From the NCBI RefSeq assembly GCF_964355755.1, contig NC_092677.1, forward strand, positions 22,245,175 to 22,309,174: a DNA stretch of 64,000 bases, written 5' to 3'. The position numbers and the translations under genes were made by a program. The DNA is from Antedon mediterranea (taxonomy: Eukaryota; Animalia; Echinodermata). The notes under the pieces are model-generated. The model was not told the DNA's origin. It ran no database searches and was given only the letters and a program-made list of their open reading frames with translations. Numbering within the stretch: position 1 is the first letter of the stretch; every line of letters begins with the position of its first letter. Below are positions 27,541 to 41,000 of the stretch, one piece after another.

Positions 27541-28377
27541 CGGTTTCGATCCAAGTCGGCCCTAAACCGTCTCGGCCAAAGTCAAGTCGGCCCCAAGTCA
27601 AGTCGGCCTCAAGTCAACTCGGCCGCAAGTCAACTCGGCCTCAAGTCAACTCGGCCTCACGTCAACTCGGCCAAAAAATAATCGGTCAACTCGGCCCATT
27701 AAAGTATGGAACGCAAAAAGTGCAAATAAAGGGGATTGATAAAATAATATTTCTTCACAATTTTTTAACTATGAATAATTCTGACTTTTAATGAATATTA
27801 TTATTTAGACAATAATATATTTAGCAAAAAAATAGGAATGATTTCACCAACTTTCCTTTATTTACGTTTAATAAAATTTCGTAGCTGTGCGTTTGCCAGC
27901 TTTTTCGATATCTACAACTGCTACGTGTTTTCGCTGACCGGGGGATTCCCCTTTTTTTAAAACGCAAATCATGCACAAAAACGATGTACGATCATTTTTT
28001 CTATGGCCAAATGGTGGAACGTAGGCCTCCGTCTTCGATTTCCTAAAATACGGTACCTCACGTGTTTTTTGTAACACGCGGGTACTTCTAATCTATTCAT
28101 ATCGGCAATGAGTTCATTTTTGTATATGATATTATATTTTTTATTTCTTCATTTTTTTTAAAACGTGGATAGTAAGAATCGTAATAATATTAAGCACTTT
28201 TTGCGTTCCCTACTTTATTGTGGCCGAGTTGACCGATTAGTTTTTGGCCGAGTTGACGTGAGGCCGAGTTGACTTGAGGCCGAGTTGACTTGAGGCCGAG
28301 TTGACTTGGGGCCGACTTGACGTGGGGCCGACTTGACTTTGGCCGAGACGGTTTGGGGCCGACTTGACCTGCAACCG
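27541..28377. mobile_element. Non-autonomous TIR element with AAGTCAACTCGGCC subterminal arrays
   Basis: Ends CGGTT...AACCG, inverted arrays of a 16-bp unit at both ends, and a 6-bp direct repeat TTATAC on both flanks. Confidence 0.88.
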
Positions 28378-28399
28378 TTATACCTAGTTAGCCTAGGTA

Positions 28400-28749
28400 T
28401 GAATCTGGGACGATTCGGCCCTGAGACGATTCGGCCCGGGACGATTCGGCCCACTTTGTGGGCCGAAACGTTTCACTTTAGACAAAATTCATATTCATTT
28501 TTCTTGGTATTTATGACGTTTTTAAAGGTGTTTAACAATCCTTATTTTATTGATATAAGTCCTTCTGAAAAATAAAGTTTGAGGAAAAAGCTTATTTTAT
28601 GCTTATAAAAGCCGATACATTTAAGTGTGCCGAATCGTCTCAGTCAGGGCCGAATCCCCTCTTCCCGGGCCGAATAGTCCCGGGTCGAATCGTCCCAGGT
28701 CCGAATCATCCCGGATCGAATCGTCTCAGGGCCGAATCGTCCCGATTTA
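28400..28749. mobile_element. MITE with GACGATTCGGCCC subterminal repeats
   Basis: TGAATCTGGGACGATTCGGCCCTGAGACGATTCGG is mirrored by CCGAATCGTCTCAGGGCCGAATCGTCCCGATTTA. Confidence 0.8.
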
Positions 28750-29106
28750 GGGGTATTACTGTATTGCTCAGCAGGGTGCAGGTCAAGTCGGCCCTAAACC
28801 GTCTCGGCCAAAGTCAAGTTGGCCCCACGTCAAGTCGGCCACAAGTCAACTCGGCCTCAAGTCACTTGGCCTCACGTCAACTCGGCCAAACACTAATCGG
28901 TCAACTCGGCCACAAAAGTATGGAACGCAAAAGTGCTTAATATTATTATGATTCTTACTATCCACGCTTGAAAAAAAATGAAGAAATAAAAAAAATAATA
29001 TAATTAAATAATATATAAAAAAATGAACTCATTGCCGATATGAATATAAGTACCCGCGTGTTACAAAAACACGTGCAGGTACCGCATTTTAGTAAATCGA
29101 AGACGG

Positions 29107-29590
29107 TGTAGGATTTTTAGTCATATAATAAATGATACTACGATTGTTTTCAACGTCTGTCTACGATTTATTCAATCATTATTCTCATCTGCTACACACA
29201 GTAGGAACAACGTGCTCTCACAGGAGCAAGGAATTATGGGTACAAATTATGACGTATAACACAAATATGAGGTGAAAACATGTTTAGATGAAAAAAATTA
29301 AAAATAAAAAACAAACACACAGCTACATGCTGTGAGATTCAATCATATTTCAAAATGTTCACTTTACCAGTTTCCAAACAAAAACTTTGTGAATGTCTGG
29401 AGTTTTGCCTTACTAAGGGGTTTAGTGAGTGCGTCAGCGACCATCTCCTCGGTTCGACAGTATTGGAGATCAATTTTCCCTTCTTGTAATATTTGTCTTA
29501 TGAAATGGTACTTTATATCGATATGTTTTGATCGCTGTCGAAACACCGGGTCCCTGCATAGAGCAATCGCTCCTTGGTTATCTCCCATTA
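29107..29590 (-). mobile_element. Ty1/Copia 3' remnant (RNase H C-terminus plus probable 3' LTR 29107-29261)
   Basis: DNQGAI..RSKHIDIKYHFIR..ADALTKPL. A TGTAGG...TAACA segment begins exactly where MITE homology breaks. No clear PPT. Confidence 0.8.
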
Positions 29591-29594
29591 TGAG

Positions 29595-31847
29595 GACCTT
29601 TGATACTTCATTAATTTTCTGGATAATTTTAAGTTTCTATATAACAAACACCTTAAAAAAACTGTAAAGTCATCAAAACAGTATGACAAATTCAAGCAGC
29701 CCTGGATGAGTTTTGGGTTACTAAGGTCAAGTAAAAGAAAGCATGTACTGTATAAAAGGTTCATAAAACACCCTACTGTAAAAAACAAAAATACGTATAA
29801 AGAATTTAAAAAAGCTTTTGCACGCACGTGCAAAATCGCCAAAAAGAAGTATTATGAAAATCTTTTCAATCGAACAAATGGTAATATTAAAAAAACATGG
29901 AATGTTATAAATGATGTAATTGATCCGAATAAAGGAAAAACTAAAGTTCCATCTTCTTTTACACATAGCAATAAACTATACATGGTTGCGAAAATGTTGT
30001 AAATCATATTAATGATTATTTTATTAATGTAGGTTGTAAGGTTCGAGACAATATTGAGTCTACTACGACAAAGTATTCTGAATACCTCACAAACAAACAA
30101 CGCAACTCAATGTTTTTTTGCTATGTTGATGAGGAGGAGGTACTAAAAGTTATTGAATCTCTCGATTCAAACAAAGCCCCCGGATTTGATGACATTTCAG
30201 CTAAAGTTGTAAAGGAAGTAAAATACAATATTTTAAAGCCGCTGACATATATTTTTAATTTATCACTTCAAACTGGACTAATACCAGGGAAGTTGAAAAT
30301 TTCCAAAGTAGTTCCCATACATAAAAAAGGGGACCGCCATTTGGCCTCAAACTATCGTCCCATATCGCTGTTGCCAATGTTTTCGAAAGTTTTTGAAAAG
30401 ATTATCCATAATCAATTATACAATTATCTTACAAAATGTAAAGTGTTAAGCAACAATCAATATGGATTTAGAAACAAACACTCAACTTCTCATGCTATGA
30501 TCGACTTGGTCCATAAAATATTAAATGCATTTGAAAAAAAGGAATATGCACTTACTACCTTTATGGATTTGTCAAAAGCGTTTGACATTATCGATCACAG
30601 TATTCTGTTGAGCAAATTGGCGCATTATGGTATAAGAGGCATCGTTTTAATGTGGTTTAGAAACTATTTAAGTGGCCGCAAACAATATGTTTATGCCAAC
30701 GGTAGATCATCATGTTTAAAAGACACCAATATAGGGGTGCCACAGGGTTCTGTTTTAGGACCACTTTTGTTTTTAATTTACATCAATGATATAAGTCGAG
30801 CAAGTAGTAAAATAGATATAATTAGTTTTGCTGACGACACAACTTGTATAACAAGGGGAGATGACCCTACAATGTTAAACCATACTATGAATATTGAACT
30901 AGAAAAAATAAACGTATGGCTTAAAGCAAATAAGCTGTTACTGAATGTCAGCAAAACTAATTATGTTGTTTTTAGAACTAGCCAAAAGAACTTTGACAAA
31001 AACCAGTTTAAAATAAAAATGAATAATGTGTTATTACATAGAAAAGAAAATGTGACATTTCTAGGTGTAATGTTAAACGAAAATCTTAACTGGAAACATC
31101 ACATACAGCTTATTAGGAAAAAAATGTCTAGGGCAATTGGTATACTTTTAAAAGTAAGAGAATTCTTTCCTCATAAAGTCCGTATTAGTCTTTATAACAC
31201 CTTAGTATTACCTCACCTTCAGTATGGTAACTTAATATGGGGAAATACATACAAGAGCACGTTAGAAGTAATACTAAAACTCCAAAAGAGAGCTGTAAAA
31301 TGCATTACCTTCTCTAAATCCAGACAAGCCTCAGAGCCACTGTTTAAGAAACTAAAAATATTAAACGTTTATGATATTTACAAAGTAAACGTCATAGGAT
31401 TTATGGCAAACGTAAAATTCAATGAATTACCACATCACATTTTAAATATTTTTAATTACTGTGACAGTATTAGGCCTACTCATAACCTCAGAACAGAAAC
31501 TGAATTCGAAATTCCCTTCACAAGACTAACTTGCAGTCAACAGTTTATACACATATATGGACCAAAATTGTGGAAAGAATTCACTTGTAATGGTGGTAAT
31601 AAACCGGTTATCTTAAAGAAACAAAATAAATGTATAAAAAAACAGGTTAAAAAATACTTTTTATCACTATATGCTGATTAACAACACCTTTGTTTATTTA
31701 AGTTCTATATACTTGTTCTTATGTAAAAGGGTCCTACAAAAAAACGAAGCTATAGCTTTTTTATGCAGGATCCCTGTTCTCAGTTGTACTGTAATTATGA
31801 TGTACTGTAATTGATGACTAAATAAATGTGGAATAAAAAAATGAAAT
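29595..31847 (+). mobile_element. 5'-truncated LINE (CR1/L2 group) with RT ORF 30110-31681
   Basis: KAPGFDDI, NYRPISLL, QYGFR, DLSKAFD, GVPQGSVLGPLLFLIYIND, FADDT and FLGV. The upstream frame is broken. 3'UTR stem-loop GGGTCCT...AGGATCCC and AATAAA. Confidence 0.92.
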
Positions 31848-32549
31848 CATAGAACCCTTTAAAATATGAAATCGTGTTGCCAAGTTGTTTTGTTTATTAA
31901 TTGTTTAGTCCTTAGCCTCCTTCGTAGGTCCTACTCAACTCGCACGTATGACCTGCCAAATAAAACGCCAATAAGGTAGGCCTACATAATACCACCACCG
32001 GCACACAACAGGATTCACACACAACAGGGCTACACCACTACACAGAACAGGACAGGTTTGGGTGGGAATTAAATCAAATTATCTCCGCGTAATATTAAAT
32101 CAGGGAGATGTAAATTACATCTCCTTGATTAAATGATCCATATAAAATCCTTTCTAGCCTTCAGAAACTTTCATCAATGTACCCAAAGTACACATTGTCT
32201 AAACGTAACATAGCGCATGCGTACCATCTTAGTTGTTGAGTCTTTGAAATTCTGAAATATGAATATTAAAACAGTGTACGAGTGAGTAGCCAATCGCATG
32301 CAGCTGAAACTAGTCAACCGGATAATCTATGCACCAAGAATTCTTGGTGTCAAACCACGTGACTTTTGCGTGTTTCCCCAGACGGAGTATCCAAACTCAA
32401 GTAATACACGTATGAAACGCCATATGTGCAAAAATATTTATATTTTTACTAATATTAAGAAAAAACTCCGTCTGGAGCCCAGACTAATCGACAAAAATCG
32501 CGGTCGAAATAAAAACAAATAAATTTTAAAAAAAACAATACAGACTTGG

Positions 32550-33775
32550 GGCAAGTCTATTAAACACCCATCTTCCGCCCACTACGTTCTTATCCCTAGG
32601 TAATTTCACCAACTTAAGGGTTTCATTTTCTTCTAAAGCTTTCATTTCATTTTCCATGGCCACCCTCCAGTTATTTGAGTGCTCTGATGTTATGGCTTCA
32701 GTGTATGTGGTTGGGATTTTACCAAAGGTTTCTTTAACATTGAATACAAAGTCCTCGCCCTCGAAATTGGTTTCATAATTCTGTAAGTAGCTGGGTGGTT
32801 CCCTTTTTCTTTGTGGGTATCTTTTGGTCTGGTCATTTTGTTGCGTATTCTCAGATTCAGTCGGACTCTGATATGATGTGTGGTTTTCAATTACTACATT
32901 TTCTTCAATTGTTGTTTCGTTTTGGGTAGGGTTTTGTGTCCCGGTTTTATTTATGTTAGGAATTTCATCTTCGGTTTCATGATCATCTGATGTTTGAGTT
33001 TCTTGATTATTTTGGGATTTTGGTGCCATTTTAATGAGCCTGACCCTTTGGACTTTGTCTTCATTTGGGTAATACACTAGGTATACTGGGCTTATGGTGT
33101 CATATCCGACGAAAATTCCTTGTTTACATTTCGAATCTAATTTCTTTGTTCCGTGGATATATGCATAACATAGGGAGCCGAATATGTTCATTTTGGCTAA
33201 ATTTGGTTTGGTCCCTGTGAAAGCCTCGAAAGGGGTTTTCTTTAGCCTATTGTTAAAGCATCTTTTTCTGATGTAAGCCGCTGTTTTATGGCGTACGTTC
33301 ATAGGTGTTTAGGGAGATGAGCCTCTATTATGAGGCATGGGGCCATTTCAAATAATGTGCGCCATTATCTTTCAGCCGTCTCATTTTGGTGGGGGGATTC
33401 AGGGGATGAGAATTCTTGTTTAATACCTTGGTTTCTTAAAATTGTAGTGAAATCATGGCTGGTGGACTCGCCACCATTATCACATCTAAGTCGCTTGACT
33501 TTACCAATCGGGGAACAATCAGCCAGGAATTGGGTTAAAGCTATCTTGGCGTCACTCTTGTACCTGAGAAGATAAACAGATGTTATACCTGAATAGTCGT
33601 CAACAAATGTTATAGCATATTTAAACCCATCCTTCGCAATCGGATCTATTGGTCCGGCTAGGTCTGTGTGGATTAATTCTAATAGGTAATTTGCCTTTTT
33701 GTCGGCTTCCCTGTTTCGGGAGTTGGTAAATTTTCCTTTAATGCATACATCACATGTAGATTCATTATTTGGTAG
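32550..33775 (-). pseudogene. Ty1/Copia integrase, linker and start of RT (decayed)
   Basis: CDVCIKGK, IHTDLAGP, FVDDYS, RCDNGGE, PHQNETAER, IFGSLCY, GIFVGYD, PTTYTEA and VVGGRWVF, with stops and frameshifts. The rest of RT is missing. Confidence 0.9.
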
Positions 33776-34400
33776 TTTATTTATTTATTTATTTATTTAT
33801 TAAGGTATAAAAAGCATCAAATTCCAACCAGCAGCAAGAGTTGAAAAGGTTGGATTACAATCACAAACTGAGAAGTAAAATACATCATATGAGATCTAAA
33901 CTAAACATTAAACTTAAACTTAAAGGATTCGTGCTAAGTGCGGAATAGTAGACCGGGCCGCCTATATCTTTCTGTACGACATCTGCAAGAATCCAACTTT
34001 GAGCTAGTATTGCTCCTCAACGATCTTGAATGCCTATCAGATTTATATGCTGGTAACATATTTCTAAATTTGGTAGAGACTCTTGCCAAACTTGAGAAGA
34101 ATCTGTTCTCTACGGGACTTTAAAGAAGGCAAACCCACTTGCTCTAAGGCTAATTTATAGCTAACATAATGTGGGCTCAAAATTATGCGCAATGCCCGTT
34201 TTTGAATTTTTTCTATTAAATTAGATTGCTGAACAGTTAATGATGAATGCCAAACCTGGCAGGAGGCATATTCCAGCACAGGTCTGATATATGATGTAAA
34301 TACTGTAACCAGGTCACTGACTGGTGCACTAGACCTTTTCAGGATACATAGAGAGAATAACGCGAGGCTCTTGATGTTATATCATTTGAACCCCATTTGA
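33776..34400 (-). mobile_element. LINE 3' fragment with (TAAA)n tail
   Basis: YIRPVLEYA..VWHSSLT..IEKIQKRALRII..L..RR. (TTTA)n at 33776-33800 on the plus strand. Confidence 0.85.
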
Positions 34401-34956
34401 GAACTGCGGCATTTTCCCTGTTGCTTGTAAGGTATCAATTAGCCCTCAATTAGCATTTCCTGTCACCAACTTTGGTGCTTAGTGCACATAATTATTATTG
34501 TTTTGTATTCATTTGATCTTGAAAATGGTTCTATGATGGTACTAAACGTCGATTTCTCTTTTTGTCATTAAATTTTATATTGAAATTATATAGTAAACGT
34601 CTTTTAATTCGTAAATATATTATTGTCTAAATATTAATATTCATTAAAGGTCAGAATTATTTATAGGCCTAGGCCTAGGCCTAGTTAAAAAATTGTGAAG
34701 AAATATTATTTTATCAATCCCCTTCATTTGCACTTTTTGCGTTCCATACTTTAACGGGGCCGAGTTGACGAATTATTTTTTGGCCGAGTTGACTTGGGGC
34801 CGAGTTGACTTGGGGCCGAGTTGACTTGGGGCCGAGTTGACTTGGGGCCGAGTTGACTTGGGGCCGAGTTGACTTGGGGCCGACTTGACTTGGGGCCGAC
34901 TTGGATCGAAATCGCTCAGGAGCAGCTCAATACTTCAGAAAAACTAAAGATTAATC

Positions 34957-35025
34957 ATGGCTGATGATCCAGAACTCGCGGCTATTCGAGCACGTAGAAT
35001 GGCAGAAATTCAGCAGCAAATGGGG
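34957..35025 (+). CDS. PDCD5: PDCD5 exon 1
   Basis: MADDPELAAIRARRMAEIQQQMG, donor GTGTGT. Confidence 0.92.
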
Positions 35026-38000
35026 GTGTGTATATTAATTAAAGTTCTTTGTTGTTACTTTGTTTTACAAAGTTATCTGCTTATTTAATACTAGCTTGCC
35101 TAGGCCTAGCCTAGGCCTAGTCTATAGGCCTAGGCCTAGGCTATATCCATCCATTCATTTATGATTGACAGCCGATCGGGGCCATAGGTAGACGATCAAG
35201 CTTATTCCAAGACAATTGGTACCAACGCGTGTTGTGGACGTTCGGGTCCAACTATGTGGACGTTCGGGCCCAACATAATTATTTAGACAATGATTATTAT
35301 AAAAAAAAAAGGAAATACGATCGGGTCCATGAAAACTATTGTAAGTATTGTATACTATATATCTCTCGTAATTGGTTTGATAAAAAGAATTGTTTACACT
35401 TTACGCCTTTTCAGCATTTCTGTACTGTACTGTACTGTATACATCATATTAAACCTTCAGAAACGGGTGTGTAGAAAGCGATGACCTCGAATTGGTCGAC
35501 CCCAACGACCCGGGCGACCTCGAATTGGACGACCTAGAATTGGACAACCCATTACACAAAACCGACGACCCCTATAGCCTAGGCCTAAGTGTGGTATAAC
35601 ATCCCGAAGCCGAACATAGCCAAAGATCTTTAAACCATACCTTATATAATACTTGCAAGCAAGCAATTGATTGAAAAAATACAGAAATATTGCCATTTGA
35701 TACTGAATGTGTCGACATGAACAAACGAACAGTTATGGGACGCCAAGAGAGTGCATCATTAAAACTGCATTCGACATATTAAAAATAAATTAAAAAGAAA
35801 TAAATATTATACATTACATGGTTAAACCATGGACGTATAATTACATCTCGTCTTCTTATAACGAACACTATAGGCCTACCAAGCAGCGTGTTGCGAACAT
35901 GTGCATGTGGGGGGGGGGGGGGCATAAGAAAGCTTTACATTTCACACATGCATTGTATACGGTCAAACCTTACCCGCCGCTGAAAAAGGGCCGTTTTGAC
36001 CTGGTTTGCCATGTTTATGATATTTCGTGTGCTAATCGAGTCGAATGCAGTTTTAATGATGCACTCTTGGCGTTCCATATCTGTTCGTTTGTTTGTGTCG
36101 ACACATTCAGTATCAAATGGCGATATTCCTGTATTTTTTCAATAAATTGCTTGCTTGCTAATTCCAAAAAAAATAAAAAATAAAATATTTAGGAAAAAAG
36201 TGGGTCATTTTGAGTATCATAATAGTTATTAACTTTCACGAAAAATTAGTCAAAAAAATAATCATTTAACTGAAATACAGACGTTTTTTTGTTCAAAAAT
36301 AACTTTGACTTCCAGTCAAAGTTTTCGATCTAAACATCTCATAATGCAACGCGCTTGTTTGGCTACTAATTAGCATCATGCATAATGCATACTTGCGGTT
36401 TGAAATCTTTGTTTACTTTCGCTCGCGACGATTTTCCAGACGACATGTAATCAAATTAATTGATCTGTTACGTAAATTTGGTTTTTTTTGGCTAAAATTT
36501 TCGACTTTAGGTGATTAACTTTAATATTGCTTTGATATAGCCAATTTAAATTTAGAATATTTTGACCTTCATTTTTTTGTGTTTCAAGGGACAATACATC
36601 TTTAATTAAATACTGGCCTAGGCCAGTATGTATTAACTGAAAAACGTAATGGAATATAGCCTATGCCTATCTAACTTAGGTCTTTAATGTAGGTTGCTAA
36701 AATTTCTACCAAGAGTTTGTGATTCCTCGACTGTGAGTGTGATTGGCTATAAAGAGGAAATACGCTCTCTTTTGTGAAAAAATTGCATCTACTGTATTTT
36801 TGCACAAATATCAAGTTGACAAACTGCATTTTATGTAAAAATATATGGGGCTATTGCAATAATTTTGTTCATCTTTAAACGGTTGAAAATGTGAAAAATA
36901 GCGGCCTGCTACAGTATTACTAGTATGCATAGTGCACAATTTTTGTTTTTATTCTATAATTCAATTTCTTTTTATTTCGGAAATATCATCCATATTAATA
37001 AACTTATTTATTAACAGAAAAAGAAAAATCTAAACTTAAGTATAAAGAATGCTTCTCCATCTACAATACATTTTGGAGTTATGGAGCATATGTTTGCAAA
37101 CACAAGCAACAAGGATGTTACCACTATTCAACATACGTTGCATGAAACCATAGGTAGATTTTCGCATGTACTCATTAAAGGAAGGGACACCATGTTCAAT
37201 AAACATTGCACTGGCACTACTACTTCTAGAGACATTAAGTATACGGCGCAGAGCATTATTGTAGCATACATTAAGAGATCTAATATTCTTCATACGATAG
37301 TTACACCAAAGGGCTGCACAATACATATTAATACAGTAAGATCTAAAGAGACAACATTTAACATTGGGAGAGCATTTCATAAATTTACGATTGAGTGAGT
37401 TGCTTCTAATACACAAAGACCTGTACTGACTTTGAATGTCGGCCTCATCACTGCAATCACACATAAGAATATGACCAAGACCAAGTTTAGTAATAGAATT
37501 ACCTTCAAGTTTGCAAGTACAAGGACAGAAACGCATACAAAAAGATTTCTTATCATTAAATAAAACATCGTTCTCTTGCGAAAACTCTTCACAAACATGT
37601 ACCAATAGCTGGAGACCAGCAACTGAAGGGGCAAGTAGAACAAGATCATCCGCATAACTAAGATGATTCAAGATAATGTTTCTACATTGGCAACCCTGAC
37701 ACAAACCACTTAGTCTACAATTTAGAGTACTAATATATATGTTATAAAGGAGAGGGGACATGACCCCACCCTGTCTAACTCCATTGGATACTGTAAATGG
37801 ATTTGAAACAGAGTTTCCCCAACGTATCACAAAACTCTGTAAATTGGTAGTCATTGGATTCCAATGAGTCATTGGATTCCAATGAGTTACCACAATGACT
37901 GATCAAAATAGATTTAAACACCTTAGATAATACAGACGCTAAAGCAATAGGTCTATAATTATTCTTATTAGTAATATCACCTGATTTGCTCTTAACAATC

Positions 38001-41000
38001 GGCACTAGAATAACTTTAACAAGATCTTTAGTTACATGACCATGACACAGCATAGCATTAAAGCATAAACTCAATAGGATATTAAGTCGTTTACTACCAT
38101 ATTTAAGATGTTCACCACCCAAACCATCAAGTCCGGGTGATTTTCCTACAGAAAGTTTATCAATGCAATTAGATACAAGATCAGGAGTGACATTAATACC
38201 AATCTCAAGCGGACAGTATTCTAGAGTCTCCTCTACAATGTAACTATAATGCAACCAATTCTGGGCCTAGAAAGCCTACATTTAATATTACTGTATCTGC
38301 AGTAAGTTAAACTGATTTATTGTTTTGCTTTCTTTACAGGGGAAGAATAAAAATGATGAAGAGAAAATGAGGTAAAAAAATTGCTTTCTTTCTTTCTTCA
38401 AATAATTTTTTAATAATGATTTTTCTCCATGTTATGCAGTTGGGCCGCCGAAAATGTCAAATTTTGTATGAATGCCCAAAATTCATGGAAAAACCAAGCC
38501 CAAAATTGATCTGCAGATATATTAAAATAACAAGAAATTATTTATTGTACATGTTTTTTGGTTTATCTTTTTGACATTACTGTATTTGTTCCTGTTATTA
38601 TATTCAGGCAACAACAAGAAGAACGAACTCATAGTATTTTGTCACAAATTTTAACACAAGGAGCACGTGCAAGATGTGAGTTATTTTTGCCTAATTATTG
38701 TATTATTATAACTATGCACAAAACTTTTCGCCGTTATATAATTTACCATACAAAAAATCTAGTTTTTAGTTTAAAAATGTGGTTGCGGCCGCTTATGGGA
38801 GATACAAAATGCATTAATTAGATAGGAAGAACAAACAGGTTTTTGAAAGTGGGGGAGGTGTTTTTTTTTAGTCTGCATCATCATAACGTAATTTCATTGT
38901 CACTCGTGATCCAGAGCAAAGTTTCAACCAGTGATTGATCCTCTCTTCTTATGAGCAGGTCGCACGTAGCTTTAGCGCTAGTAATTCTCTGCAAAGCTGC
39001 TGGAGCATGTGCAAAGCATTGTTGTTATGGGGACAGTGCTCGCAGAATTGCCTTTGCAATGTCCCAGGGCAATTAAAAAATTATGTTGGACATTTAGGAT
39101 TTCTCTACCTGTGTCCCAAAGGGCAACCTAAAGTAATCAATATTCCTAAAGCATAGCTCCCACTAGAACGCAACGTAACGCATCGACGCAAAGTGCTGTA
39201 TTGCATCATCACAATTGGGCACCGATGCAACAGTGCTGCAAGCATCGCTACGGGAAATCAAATCACTTTGATTTCATGCAATAAAGCAAGGCAAAATAAC
39301 ACTGGAAAACATAGTACAGCGCGTACCCAAAAGTATGCAGGGTGAGCCAGGGAAAAGTCTACGGCAACTAATGTTGAGTTTTTAGACATCGCGCATGTTG
39401 ATTTTATACATATCACACATGTCGAGTTTTTGCAAATCGCTCATGTCGCGTTTATGTATCTAAATCAAATATAATATTTGTTCTAAAAGTATGCCTGTTA
39501 ACTTCCGAGTTGTGGAAGTATTTTTATAATTAAAAAAAGGCCAAAATGTGGCATGACAAACCTCAGAAAAGTGGGTTAATACTGTAGTGTACAAAATTAA
39601 CAAAAAGCCCAGATATATTAGATTATAAATTAAACGGTATTTTAATATAATACAGTCAGAACTTAAATCTCCCAATATATAGATTGTTTTTCTTTTGTAT
39701 TGTTGCTTTTATATATTTGTATTTAGATTTGTAAATAGTATACACCTGTGATAACAACTATAGGTCATCAGTACCTGATGTTGAAACACAATGGTTTGTA
39801 ATGTAAACTCTTTACTATATTTTATGTTTATTTTTATATACCTCTTTATCAACTCAAACCTATGATACTGTAGGACAATTTAATACAGTACCTATATTAC
39901 CATGTTGGTAATGATTTTTCTTTTATATTTTTGCAAACAGTTTAAGAACCTGTATCCGTCATATAATATATTGTTTTGATGTATTATGTTAAATTGGATG
40001 CACCACTTCTGTGTGTGCCACCGATGCAAAGGTGTCATTTCCTAATAAATTATTATTATTATTAATATTATTATTACAGTTTAAATATGCAGTAGTTTTA
40101 ATGCCACGAAAAAGAGAGAGAATAATTAATAGTTATTATTATTTATAAAGGATAATCATAAATAGCATGATTTTCAACTTTATTATATATTTATTTTTAG
40201 ACTACTAAACTGCCTTAGTTGGTTGTATTATGTACATGTGTTCTATGCACCTAAATACACACAATTATTACATATATGTATTGTCCCACTGAACAAATTT
40301 TTCTTACCAAAAAAAAAATTTAATTTAAAGCAGAAAATAGTCTGCCAGCAACTGTTTATTTAGTCATTTTAAACACATTATTTTATCGGGGGTTTTTTCT
40401 ATGGAAGTAATTAAACAAACAACAAATGGTCTATTCGAAGTAGGATTATTAAAGGGGGATTCTGGGTTTAAAATTGCTTTTAAATATCGTTTATTTATTA
40501 AATAAAAAATATCATAACAATATAGAATATGAAGAAGTAATATTAACGAGAAATTAAAAAAATTTAATTTCATATACATTTTAGGGTAAATTCATGGAAA
40601 GTCTGTTTTTCAGCAGCTTAGGGAATCTCATTAATATTCATGAGATATTCACAAAATCACGTCATCAGTGGATTCCAAACTAATTTACATCTCTCTCCCC
40701 TGTCAAACAACAACTACCCGATCATTGTGAAATACATTTTTTGTAGATTTCCTAAGCTAGGCCTAAAGTGTAATAATAACAGTAGTAGCATATATTTATT
40801 TGACATTTAATGAAATACAAAATTTAGTACAGATTACGGAGTCATAAATTATACTATTTTTATACCTCTATAGTACAGATCGTATTATCGGCTTCACGTA
40901 CTAGGCCTAGCCTAAATCATTTTTTTTTTTTTATGGGTGAGTGCCATTCAGACTAGGGATTCCATGCCACGATGGCTGCGTTAAAACATTGGGGCCCATG

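Larger units (their letters stand above)
28773..34914. mobile_element. Second, inverted copy of the 27541-28377 element, expanded by nested Copia and LINE insertions
   Basis: 28773-29106 and ~34687-34914 match the reverse complement of the two ends of the first copy. Flanks are CTCAGC / CTCAGG. Confidence 0.75.

Noticed and set aside
38558-38821. 87-aa ORF as a standalone gene
   Set aside because: It is PDCD5 exon 3 plus intronic read-through.
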